Made by a program: the position numbers and the translations under genes. Positions 43,646-52,104 of a stretch of 64,000 nucleotides of DNA are shown piece after piece (the first letter of the stretch is position 1; every line of letters starts with the position of its first letter). The stretch spans positions 2,216-66,215 of the forward strand of contig DAOTMG010000010.1 of the NCBI GenBank assembly GCA_035450185.1, written 5' to 3'. This DNA comes from Syntrophales bacterium. GTDB lineage: Bacteria > Desulfobacterota > Syntrophia > Syntrophales > UBA2192. Below the pieces are notes generated by a model. The model was given only the letters and a program-made list of their open reading frames with translations. It searched no databases and had not been told where the DNA came from.

Positions 43646-46072
43646 ATGTTCGTCGAAGTTGCCGTCAACATCAGATCACCGAAGACCTTTTTCTACAGGG
43701 TACCCGGGGGTCTTGAAAAATCCGTCGCCGTCGGGAAGCGCGTCTTCGTCCCTCTCGGAAAACGATCCGTCACGGGCTACACGATTCAATGTCTCGAAGC
43801 GGTGTCCCTAGGGGAAACAAAAGAGATCCTCGAGATCATGGATCCCGAGCCCCTCTTCAGCGAGGAGGACCTGCATTTTTACCGCTGGGCTGCGGACTAT
43901 TACCTCTACCCCCTGGGGAAGATGCTCGGGGAGGTCCTGCCCGTCGGCATCGACATCGAAAGTTACCTGTGGGTCACCCCGATAAACGGGTCCGGCAAGG
44001 CTTCGGAGAAGGAATTGTCCGCGGGCCAGCGCCGGATCCTGTCGATCCTCGCCGGCGTACCGGCAGGCATGTCCCTCAGGGAACTCGGCCGGAAGACAGG
44101 AAAGAAATCTCTCGCCGCGGACCTGAAGCCGCTTCAGGAAAAACAGCGAATCCTCGTCGAAGAACGGCTGACCCGGCCTCGCGTGAGCGCGAAAAAAGAG
44201 AAGTTCGTGTCCCCCGTCGGCGAAGCCGTGACCCCGGAGGACCTCCCGGAGAGCCAGAAGAGGATTCTGGATTTCATCAAAGACCGCGGATGCCTCGCCC
44301 TCTCGGAGATTTCCGTCAACTTCAGGAACGCCCGTCAGGCTGTTGAGAAACTGGCCCGCAGGGGCCTCGCCCGCACCTGGGAGCAGGAGACGTACAGGGC
44401 ACCGGGGTGCCCCCCGGAGATTCACCGCCTGACGGAGGAGATCCGGCTGAACACCGAACAGGAAGCGGCGCTGAAAGAGATCAACGCCGGTCTTTCCTCC
44501 GGGCGATTTTCCTCTTATCTTCTCCACGGGGTGACCGGAAGCGGAAAAACGGAAGTCTACCTGAAGGCCGTCAGCGAGGTCCTGAAGGGAAAGGGCAGCG
44601 TCATCTATCTGGTCCCCGAAATCGCACTGACCCCTCAGCTCCAGAGCCGGTTGCGGCGGCGATTCGGAGATGGCGAGACCGCCGTCCTGCACAGCGGCGT
44701 ATCCGCCGGGGCACGATACGACCAGTGGCGCCGGATTCAAAGAGGGGAGCTGAGAATCATTCTGGGTGCCCGGTCGGCCATTTTCGCGCCGGTCCGGAAC
44801 CTGAAGCTGATCATCGTCGATGAGGAGCACGACGGCGCCTACAAGCAGGACGAGCGCATGCCTTACAATGCCAGGGACCTGGCGGTCGTGAGGGCCAAAC
44901 TGAACGGCGCCGTCGCGATCCTGGGTTCCGCAACCCCCGGCATCCAGACCTGCTTCAACACCCGGCAGAAGGCGTTCCGTTATCTGGGACTGCCCCGGCG
45001 CGTCGAAGAGCGGCCGCTGCCCGGTGTTCTCGTCGTGGACATGAAAAACGAACGGGACGAAAACGGGAAAATCCGAATCCTCTCCAGGACGCTCAGGGAC
45101 GCCCTGGGGGAGGAACTTCAGCGCCGCAGGCAATCCCTTCTTTTCCTCAACCGGCGCGGGTTCACGACCTTCATGCACTGCTCGGAATGCGGCCACGTCT
45201 TTCATTGCCCGGGCTGCGCCGTGTCACTGACCTTTCATCAGAGGGAGGAGGTTCTGAAGTGCCATTATTGCGATTTCGTCATGAAGATCCCCCCCCGCTG
45301 CCCTTCCTGTCAGAAGGAGGCGATTCAGGGCTTCGGTCTGGGAACGGAAAAACTCGAGGAGGAGGTCCGGGGCTGTTTCCCCCACGCCCGGGTGAGGCGG
45401 ATGGACAGCGACACGACGGCCCGGAAAGGGGCCTTCGACAGGATACTCAAAGACCTGCACGACGGAGAAATCGACATTCTGGTCGGGACCCAGATGATCG
45501 CGAAGGGTCATGATTATCCGAATGTCACTCTCGTCGGTGTCGTGTCGGCAGATACGGCTCTGAACATCCCGGATTTTCGGGCATCGGAAAAAACCTTCCA
45601 GATCCTGACCCAGGTGTCGGGGCGGGGCGGCAGAGGCGACATGCCCGGACGGGTGATCATCCAGACATTGAATCCGTCTCATTATGCCATAGAACGGGCG
45701 AAGGAACACGACTATCAGGGGTTTTACAAGGAGGAGATCGTCCTGCGACAGGCGGCCGGATATCCGCCCTTCTCGAGAATGATCCAGTTTCTGATCACCG
45801 GCCTGAACCGCGACAGGACGGCGGAAAACGCCGAGAGGGTCGCCGGAAAGGCCCGGAATGTCCTGCAGTCGAATGAGAGGTACGACGGCATCTCGATGAG
45901 CGGCCCTGTCGAGGCGCCCATCGCGAGAATCAGAGGCAGGCACCGGTGGCAGATCCTGATCAGGGGGCGGAATGCGCGGCTTCTGCAGCAACTGACGAAG
46001 AAGATCCTATCGGGCGTGAATGCGCCGGGCTGCGAAATCAGAGTGGATGTGGATCCGGTGAATTTTATGTGA
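43646..46072 (+). CDS. priA: primosomal replication restart protein N' (PriA helicase)
   Basis: MFVEVAVNIRSPKTFFYRVP N-terminus, Walker A GVTGSGKTEVY, DEAH-like box IIVDEEHD, and Cys-rich zinc region CSECGHVFHCPGCAVSLTFH...CHYC...CPSC. Confidence 0.95.
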   Translation: MFVEVAVNIRSPKTFFYRVPGGLEKSVAVGKRVFVPLGKRSVTGYTIQCLEAVSLGETKEILEIMDPEPLFSEEDLHFYRWAADYYLYPLGKMLGEVLPVGIDIESYLWVTPINGSGKASEKELSAGQRRILSILAGVPAGMSLRELGRKTGKKSLAADLKPLQEKQRILVEERLTRPRVSAKKEKFVSPVGEAVTPEDLPESQKRILDFIKDRGCLALSEISVNFRNARQAVEKLARRGLARTWEQETYRAPGCPPEIHRLTEEIRLNTEQEAALKEINAGLSSGRFSSYLLHGVTGSGKTEVYLKAVSEVLKGKGSVIYLVPEIALTPQLQSRLRRRFGDGETAVLHSGVSAGARYDQWRRIQRGELRIILGARSAIFAPVRNLKLIIVDEEHDGAYKQDERMPYNARDLAVVRAKLNGAVAILGSATPGIQTCFNTRQKAFRYLGLPRRVEERPLPGVLVVDMKNERDENGKIRILSRTLRDALGEELQRRRQSLLFLNRRGFTTFMHCSECGHVFHCPGCAVSLTFHQREEVLKCHYCDFVMKIPPRCPSCQKEAIQGFGLGTEKLEEEVRGCFPHARVRRMDSDTTARKGAFDRILKDLHDGEIDILVGTQMIAKGHDYPNVTLVGVVSADTALNIPDFRASEKTFQILTQVSGRGGRGDMPGRVIIQTLNPSHYAIERAKEHDYQGFYKEEIVLRQAAGYPPFSRMIQFLITGLNRDRTAENAERVAGKARNVLQSNERYDGISMSGPVEAPIARIRGRHRWQILIRGRNARLLQQLTKKILSGVNAPGCEIRVDVDPVNFM

Positions 46073-46080
46073 TAACTGCA

Positions 46081-46153
46081 GGCGTACGGCATAAGGCGAA
46101 AGGCGAGGATGAGGCGCATCCGAATTTTGCCTCCCCATCCTTATCCTTAAGCC
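46081..46153. repeat. imperfect-palindromic intergenic repeat, family 1 copy C (GGCNNAA heptad arms)
   Basis: GGCGTACGGCATAAGGCGAAAGGCGAGGATGAGGCG-loop-GCCTCCCCATCCTTATCCTTAAGCC. The 5' end is 23/25 identical to the reverse complement of 62003-62027. The reverse complement of the 3' arm (GGCTTAAGGATAAGGATGGGGAGGC) resembles the start of copy B. Confidence 0.55.
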
Positions 46154-46168
46154 ATTGAAGGGTCGAAC

Positions 46169-47116
46169 ATGTCCAACAACAAGCCCCGCATACTGTTCAT
46201 GGGAACGCCGGAGTTCTCGGTCCCGTCGCTTGAGCTTCTGGTCGAGAAGACCTATCCGGTCATCGGTGTTGTCACCCAGCCCGATCGGCCCAAGGGGCGC
46301 GGCCGGCGCCTCATCTCCTCGCCGGTGAAGGAGGCGGCCGAAAGGCACGGCCTCGCCGTCCTGCAGCCCGAAAGAGTCCGGGCCCCGGAGTTTTTGGAGA
46401 TTTTCCGCGGTCTTGCACCCGACATGATCGTCCTCGTCGCCTTCGGCCAGATCCTGCCGAAGGACATCATCGACAGCCCTCCGCTGGGCTGCGTCAACGT
46501 CCATCCCTCGCTTCTTCCCAGATACCGCGGGGCCGCCCCCATGAACTGGGCCCTCATCCGGGGCGAGGTGAAAACAGGCGTCACGATCATGTGGATGGAT
46601 GAAGGGGTCGACTCGGGAGACATCCTGCTGCAGGAGGAAACGCCGATCGAGCCCGGCGAGACCTACGACCATCTCCACGACCGCCTCGCCGTCCTGGGGG
46701 CGCAGTGTTTGCTCCGCACGATCGAGGGGCTGGCCGCGGGCACCGTCCGCCGCATCCCCCAGGACCACTCGCTCGCCACTCTTGCGCCCCGTCTTAAGAA
46801 GGAAGACGGTCTCATCCGCTGGGAGGCCCCGGCGCGCGACATCGTCCATTTCGTAGCCGGTCTGTCTTCCGTGCCCGGCGCGTACACACACCTGGACGGC
46901 AAGGTGCTCAAGGTCTTCGCCGCCGAGGCCCAGGATGCCGCCCCGGTCTGCGAAGAGCCGGGGACGATCGTCGGCGCCGGCCCGAAGGGGCTGCAGATCG
47001 CGGCGGGCGGTGGCTACGTGTATCTCAAGGACGTCCAGCTCGAGAGCAAGAAGCGCATGCCCATCACGGAGTTTCTCCGGGGATTCCGGTTCGTGCCGGG
47101 AAAGAAACTGGGGTAA
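46169..47116 (+). CDS. fmt: methionyl-tRNA formyltransferase
   Basis: ILFMGTPEFSVPSL, GVVTQPDRPKGRG, NVHPSLLPRYRGAAPMNWALI motifs. 315 aa. Confidence 0.95.
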   Translation: MSNNKPRILFMGTPEFSVPSLELLVEKTYPVIGVVTQPDRPKGRGRRLISSPVKEAAERHGLAVLQPERVRAPEFLEIFRGLAPDMIVLVAFGQILPKDIIDSPPLGCVNVHPSLLPRYRGAAPMNWALIRGEVKTGVTIMWMDEGVDSGDILLQEETPIEPGETYDHLHDRLAVLGAQCLLRTIEGLAAGTVRRIPQDHSLATLAPRLKKEDGLIRWEAPARDIVHFVAGLSSVPGAYTHLDGKVLKVFAAEAQDAAPVCEEPGTIVGAGPKGLQIAAGGGYVYLKDVQLESKKRMPITEFLRGFRFVPGKKLG

Positions 47117-47192
47117 CCGTCGAGGGGTACAATCTTTCGGGACCGTCTACACATGACCGCGTTCAAGACCCGGGCAGCGGATCGTAAAGTCA

Positions 47193-47261
47193 GGAAGTGA
47201 TGAAGAGCAGAAGAGCGGAGGGGAAAAGCATTTTCTTTCCGTTCCGCTCTTCCTCACTTCC
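47193..47261. repeat. long imperfect hairpin repeat, family 2 copy D (GAAGAGC units)
   Basis: GGAAGTGA-[TGAAGAGCA]-GAAGAGCGGA-GG-GGAAA...TTTCC-GT-TCCGCTCTTC-C-TCACTTCC gives about 23 potential base pairs (8+10+5), with a tandemly duplicated GAAGAGC unit bulged in the 5' arm. It lies between fmt and rsmB. Confidence 0.6.
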
Positions 47262-47318
47262 TTTCTTCCGACCCTCATCGCCTTGACGCCGAATGATGCG
47301 CATGGAGCCCCCCCCGGG

Positions 47319-48683
47319 ATGCAGAGGCACAGCAAGCTGAGAGACAACCCCCGGGCGATCGCCGTCGACATCCTGAACCGGGTGGACAGGAGCCGGGCCT
47401 TCGCCGAACCGCTTCTCGACCGGGTACTCTCCGGGAATGGCGTTGAAGACCCCGCCGACAGAAGCCTTCTGACCCAGATCGTCTACGGAACGCTCCGGAT
47501 GAGGAACCGCCTCGACTGGATTCTCGGGAACCTCTACGAAGGAGACTTCGAAAGCCTGGAGGGGACGCTCAAGAACATCCTTCGCGTCGGCCTTTTCCAG
47601 ATCACCTGCCTGGACCGGATTCCCCATTACGCAGCCGTCGATGAGGCCGTTGAGCTGACCCGGAGCGTCCGTCCGGGGCGCGAGGCGCTCATAAACGCCC
47701 TTCTGCGAAATGCGATCCGCAAGAGCCGGACCATGGCTTTCCCCGATTATGACCGTGACCCGGCCCTTCACATCGCCGTCCTCCACTCCCACCCGCTCTG
47801 GTTGGTGAAGCGCTGGATCGGCCTTTTCGGCCCCGAGAGAACGATGGCGCTCTGCCGGGTCGATAACGACCCTCCCCCTGTCGGGCTCCGGACAAACACC
47901 CTGAAAACATCAAGACGGGAGGTGCTCGAAGAACTTCGCGCAGAGGGCCTCCGGGCGGAGGCGACCGCCTATTCGCCCGACGGCGTCTCCCTGTCGCCCG
48001 GTTTCGCCAGGCCGCTCAGGGAACTGGAACCCTTCCGCAGAGGTCATCTCCATGTCCAGGATGAGGCCTCCCAGTTGATCGCCTACCTGGTCAACCCGCA
48101 AGGGGGCATGCGGGTAGCCGATCTTTGCTGCGGAGCCGGGGGCAAGACAACCCACATGGCTGCGCGGATGGGCAACAGAGGGGCGATCCTGGCCATGGAC
48201 AGAAATGCCGGTCAAATCCGGGCCCTCAGGGCAAACGCCCGGAGACTCGGGGTACGCATTATCGAGGCGCGATGCGGCGACGTTTCCCGGCTTTCCCGAA
48301 CCGCCGCTTACGGCCCCTGTGACAGGGTTCTCCTGGACGCACCCTGCTCGGGTCTCGGAACCCTGCGAAGAAACCCTGAAATCAAGTGGCGCCTCACGGA
48401 GAAGGACCTGTCGGTTTTTCCGCCCCTGCAACTCAGGCTCCTCAAGGAGGCGTCCACCTGCGTAAAAAGCGGCGGTGTGCTCGTCTACAGCACCTGCACC
48501 ATCATGCCCGAGGAGAACGATCACGTCATCGAGTCCTTCCTGCGGTCTCACCGGGATTTTCAACTCGCGGCTCCTCCGGACACCATCCCCCGGGAGATGA
48601 TCGGGCAAGACGGGGTTTTCAGGTCTGATCCCCATCTCCACGGAACGGATGGTTTCTACGGCGCCGTTCTGTGGAAGGGTTGA
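47319..48683 (+). CDS. rsmB: 16S rRNA (cytosine967-C5)-methyltransferase RsmB
   Basis: NusB-like N-terminus (RAIAVDILNRV...), methylase core DLCCGAGGKTTHMA, DRVLLDAPCSGLGTLRRNPE, and LVYSTCT catalytic Cys. ATG 47319 is preferred over the tracked TTG 47283, which begins inside the repeat region. Confidence 0.9.
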   Translation: MQRHSKLRDNPRAIAVDILNRVDRSRAFAEPLLDRVLSGNGVEDPADRSLLTQIVYGTLRMRNRLDWILGNLYEGDFESLEGTLKNILRVGLFQITCLDRIPHYAAVDEAVELTRSVRPGREALINALLRNAIRKSRTMAFPDYDRDPALHIAVLHSHPLWLVKRWIGLFGPERTMALCRVDNDPPPVGLRTNTLKTSRREVLEELRAEGLRAEATAYSPDGVSLSPGFARPLRELEPFRRGHLHVQDEASQLIAYLVNPQGGMRVADLCCGAGGKTTHMAARMGNRGAILAMDRNAGQIRALRANARRLGVRIIEARCGDVSRLSRTAAYGPCDRVLLDAPCSGLGTLRRNPEIKWRLTEKDLSVFPPLQLRLLKEASTCVKSGGVLVYSTCTIMPEENDHVIESFLRSHRDFQLAAPPDTIPREMIGQDGVFRSDPHLHGTDGFYGAVLWKG

Positions 48684-48793
48684 AACTGTCCAAATGGCAT
48701 TGACTTCCACGGGACAAGAATGCTATGGGCATCATCTGCCCCCGGGGGGAACAGATCGGCCCTTCCGGGGAGCATGCGACTCCGGAGGATGAT

Positions 48794-49423
48794 ATGTACC
48801 TGAGACAGCTGCAGGTCGGCCACATGGCCGTTTTCGCCTACATCGTCGGCGACCGGGAAAGCAAGTCCGGACTGGTCATCGATCCGGCGGCAGAGACCGA
48901 TCGTATCGTCGCCGAAGCGGAAAAGAACGGCATCGAGATAAAATATATCGTCAATACGCACGGCCACGTGGATCACATATCGGGCAACGCCGACATGAAG
49001 AAGAAAACGGGCGCGAAGATCATCGTCCACGAGGCCGACGCCGACATGCTGGTTTCCACGCCGGCCATGATCCTGAGCATGTTCAGAGCGAAGAGTTCGC
49101 CGGCCGCCGACATCACCGTGAAAGACGGAGACATCATCCGCGTCGGAAGCGTGAGTCTCACCGTGTTACACACACCGGGTCACACGGCGGGCGGAATCTC
49201 GCTTTACAGCAACGGCTACGTCTTCACGGGGGACACGCTCTTCGTGGAGAGCGTCGGGAGAACCGATCTGCCCGGGGGCTCCTGGGAAGTGATGGTGAAG
49301 GCGATCCGCGAAAAGCTCCTGACCCTGCCCGAAGACACGGTGGTGCTTCCCGGCCACAACTACGGCCGGATGCCGACGTCCACCATCGGACACGAGAAAA
49401 GGCAAAATCCCTTCCTGCGGTGA
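48794..49423 (+). CDS. MBL-fold metallo-hydrolase (glyoxalase II-like)
   Basis: MAVFAYIVGD, NTHGHVDHISGN (HxHxDH), HTPGHTAGG, GDTLFVESVGRTDL, PGHNYG. Confidence 0.85.
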   Translation: MYLRQLQVGHMAVFAYIVGDRESKSGLVIDPAAETDRIVAEAEKNGIEIKYIVNTHGHVDHISGNADMKKKTGAKIIVHEADADMLVSTPAMILSMFRAKSSPAADITVKDGDIIRVGSVSLTVLHTPGHTAGGISLYSNGYVFTGDTLFVESVGRTDLPGGSWEVMVKAIREKLLTLPEDTVVLPGHNYGRMPTSTIGHEKRQNPFLR

Positions 49424-49440
49424 AAAGGAGGAGCCGGAAC

Positions 49441-50325
49441 GTGGGGAAAAACATCCTGTATCAAACCGACCTCAGCGGCCTGCAGCTCTTCAACAAAGGC
49501 AAGGTGCGGGACATCTACGCCTTCGACGACAGTCTCCTGATCATCGCCACCGACAGGATCTCGGCTTTTGACGTGATCATGCCGAATCCCATTCCGGGGA
49601 AAGGGGAGATTCTCACCCGGCTTTCGATTTTCTGGTTCGGGAAAATGGCCGATATCATCGGGAATCACGTGCAGTCGACGGATGTCGACGATTTTCCCCC
49701 GGCCTGCAGGCCCTACCGGGAGATCCTGAAAGGCAGGAGCATGCTCGTCAGGAAGGCGAGGCCCCTGCCCGTCGAATGCATCGTGAGGGGGTATCTCAGC
49801 GGCTCGGCCTGGAAGGACTACCGGGAGGGCAAAACCATATCGGGCATCCGCCTCCCCAAGGGGCTCAGGGAATCCTCCAAACTGCCGCAACCCATCTTCA
49901 CCCCGTCCACGAAAGCGCCGGAGGGCCGGCATGACCTGCCGATCACCCGCGAGGAAATGGCGAAAGCCATCGGGGAGCCCCTGACCGGAAGAATCATCGA
50001 GATCAGCCTCGAGATCTACCGGCGTGCTTCGGAGATTGCCGACCGTCGGGGCATCATCATCGCCGACACCAAAATGGAGTTCGGCCTCCTCGGGGAGGAA
50101 CTCATTCTGATCGACGAACTCCTCACACCCGATTCTTCGAGGTTCTGGCCCAGCGACGACTACGGGGAGGGGCGACCCCAGAAAAGCTTCGACAAACAGT
50201 TCCTGAGAGATTACCTGCTTTCCATCGCCTGGAACCAGAGGCCCCCTGCCCCGGAATTACCGCAGGAAATCATTGATAAAACGAAAGAAAAATACCTGGA
50301 AGCCCTTCGACGTTTCACGACCTGA
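49441..50325 (+). CDS. purC: phosphoribosylaminoimidazole-succinocarboxamide synthase
   Basis: LFNKGKVRDIY, LIIATDRISAFD, SGSAWKDY, IIIADTKMEFG, LIDELLTPDSSRFW motifs (long-form PurC). GTG 49441 lies 10 nt after AAGGAGG. Confidence 0.9.
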   Translation: MGKNILYQTDLSGLQLFNKGKVRDIYAFDDSLLIIATDRISAFDVIMPNPIPGKGEILTRLSIFWFGKMADIIGNHVQSTDVDDFPPACRPYREILKGRSMLVRKARPLPVECIVRGYLSGSAWKDYREGKTISGIRLPKGLRESSKLPQPIFTPSTKAPEGRHDLPITREEMAKAIGEPLTGRIIEISLEIYRRASEIADRRGIIIADTKMEFGLLGEELILIDELLTPDSSRFWPSDDYGEGRPQKSFDKQFLRDYLLSIAWNQRPPAPELPQEIIDKTKEKYLEALRRFTT

Positions 50326-50341
50326 AATTTTCGGCCCTTCC

Positions 50342-50370
50342 TTGACACGTCCGGTGACGGTCATTATCTT
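50342..50370 (+). promoter_or_regulatory. sigma-70-type promoter upstream of the hypothetical gene-dnaJ pair
   Basis: TTGACA-17 nt-TATCTT, about 50 nt before ATG 50419. Confidence 0.45.
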
Positions 50371-50418
50371 AAAACCGGTTTGAGCTACCCTTTGCGATAG
50401 GTGTGCGAAAAATCCGAT

Positions 50419-50811
50419 ATGCCGAAACTGCCGGATTACAAGGAAAAGCAGAAGATCCTCTACGTCGACGCAACACCCGCCAAGACCCTGATATCCTTCG
50501 GGGAACGGTACCTCAACGAGGACCGGGTTTCCGATGCAATCGAATTCTTTCAAAAAGCCGGCTACCGGGAAGGGCTGGAAAAGATCCTGGAGATGGCCGT
50601 CGAGAACGGCGACGTCATGGATTTCCAGCAGGTCCTCAAAGCCCTCGGCAGGGATGCCGCCGATTCGGACTGGGAACGGATCGGCCAAAAGGCCCTGGCC
50701 CTTCAGAAATATACCTTCGCCCTGCAGGCCTTCGAGAGAAGCAGGAACGAAAACGAAATCGAACGCGTGAAAAAAATGATCTCCGCGGAAGGAACCACCC
50801 GGCCGTCATGA
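50419..50811 (+). CDS. hypothetical helical protein, overlapping dnaJ start (ATGA)
   Basis: 130 aa from ATG 50419 (GTG 50401 is also possible). Helical repeat-like composition ([21 protein letters not shown]; [17 protein letters not shown]). No confident family. Confidence 0.45.
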   Translation: MPKLPDYKEKQKILYVDATPAKTLISFGERYLNEDRVSDAIEFFQKAGYREGLEKILEMAVENGDVMDFQQVLKALGRDAADSDWERIGQKALALQKYTFALQAFERSRNENEIERVKKMISAEGTTRPS

Positions 50812-51866
50812 CCAGACAGGATTATTACGACATCCTCGGCGTCAATCGCAGCGCCACCGATGAAGAAATCAAGAAAAATTACCGGAAACTCGCACTGAAA
50901 CATCACCCCGATCGAAACCCGGGAAACAAAGAGGCGGAAGAAAAGTTCAAGGAAGCGGCCGAAGCCTACGAAGTTCTCCGCGATCCCGAAAAGCGGGGGA
51001 TTTACGATCGTTACGGCCATGAAGGCCTCGACGGTACGGGTTTCAGGGGTTTCACCGGATTCGAGGACATCTTCTCGAGCTTTGGCGATATCTTCGAAGA
51101 CGTCTTCGGGTTCACGGGGAGAAGGGGAAGAACGCGTACCGCCGTCCGTCAGGGGGCGGACCTGCGTTATGACCTGAGAATTTCCTTCATGGAAGCGGTG
51201 CTCGGCAAATCGACGGAGATCGAGATCGAGAAGCTCGAGCAATGCCGGGACTGCGGCGGCAGCGGCGCATCGTCGGGAACTCGACCCGAGGTCTGCTCCC
51301 GCTGTGCCGGGCGGGGCCAGGTCACGCAGTCCAGCGGGTTTTTCACCATCAGTTCCACCTGCCCTCAGTGCCGGGGACAGGGCCGGATCATCCGCAATCC
51401 CTGCAAGGGGTGCCTCGGCACCGGCAAGGCGAGGGTAAAGAAAAAGATCCAGGTGAAAGTCCCGCCCGGTGTGGACAACGGCTCCCGGTTGAGACTCCGG
51501 GGTGAGGGGGAGGAGGGTGAATTCGGCGGACCCGGCGGCGACCTCTACATTTTCATCCATGTGACGCCCCACGACTTCTTCGAGAGAGACGGCGACGACA
51601 TTCTCTGCCAGATTTCCGTGTCCATCACCCAGGCAGCCCTCGGCGGGAGCATAGAGGTCCCGACCCTGGAGGGAACGGAAGCGGTCAAAATCCCCAAGGG
51701 GACGCAGAGTGGAAAGATCCTCCGCCTCAAAGGAAAGGGCGTACAGCACCTGAAGGGGTTCGGGCGGGGAGATCAGATCATTCAAATCATCGTCAAAACG
51801 CCCGTCAACCTGACGAAGAAGCAGGAAGACCTTCTGCGCGAATTCGCCAAACTCTCGGGCGAGTGA
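50808..51866 (+). CDS. dnaJ: molecular chaperone DnaJ
   Basis: J domain DYYDILGV...HHPDRN, G/F-rich linker, four CxxCxGxG zinc motifs ([32 protein letters not shown]), and the C-terminal substrate-binding domains. Confidence 0.95.
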   Translation: MTRQDYYDILGVNRSATDEEIKKNYRKLALKHHPDRNPGNKEAEEKFKEAAEAYEVLRDPEKRGIYDRYGHEGLDGTGFRGFTGFEDIFSSFGDIFEDVFGFTGRRGRTRTAVRQGADLRYDLRISFMEAVLGKSTEIEIEKLEQCRDCGGSGASSGTRPEVCSRCAGRGQVTQSSGFFTISSTCPQCRGQGRIIRNPCKGCLGTGKARVKKKIQVKVPPGVDNGSRLRLRGEGEEGEFGGPGGDLYIFIHVTPHDFFERDGDDILCQISVSITQAALGGSIEVPTLEGTEAVKIPKGTQSGKILRLKGKGVQHLKGFGRGDQIIQIIVKTPVNLTKKQEDLLREFAKLSGE

Positions 51867-52104
51867 TTTGCCGCGTACGCCGCCCCCCTTCGAAATCTAT
51901 TCTTCAAGCCGCCTGATGCCCCCCGTTGGCTTTTGATCCGTGAAAAGGCTAGGCGTTGCAATCGCCTTTTCAGAGCATTTCACAGAACGTCCGCACATCA
52001 CCGGCGGTCCCGAGGATAAAAAGATGGACAATTCTAAAAGCATGAATTATATGAAGAACGTACGCACTCGGGAGCCTGCTTAAAACACAGACGAGGGAAG
52101 CGAC

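Noticed and set aside
51941-51970. A possible intrinsic terminator after dnaJ (AAAAGGC...GCCTTTT or AGGCG-TTGCAAT-CGCCT followed by TTT).
   Set aside because: The two alternative stems conflict with each other, both are short (5-7 bp), and the T-run is only 3-4 nt. This is too weak to annotate as a feature.
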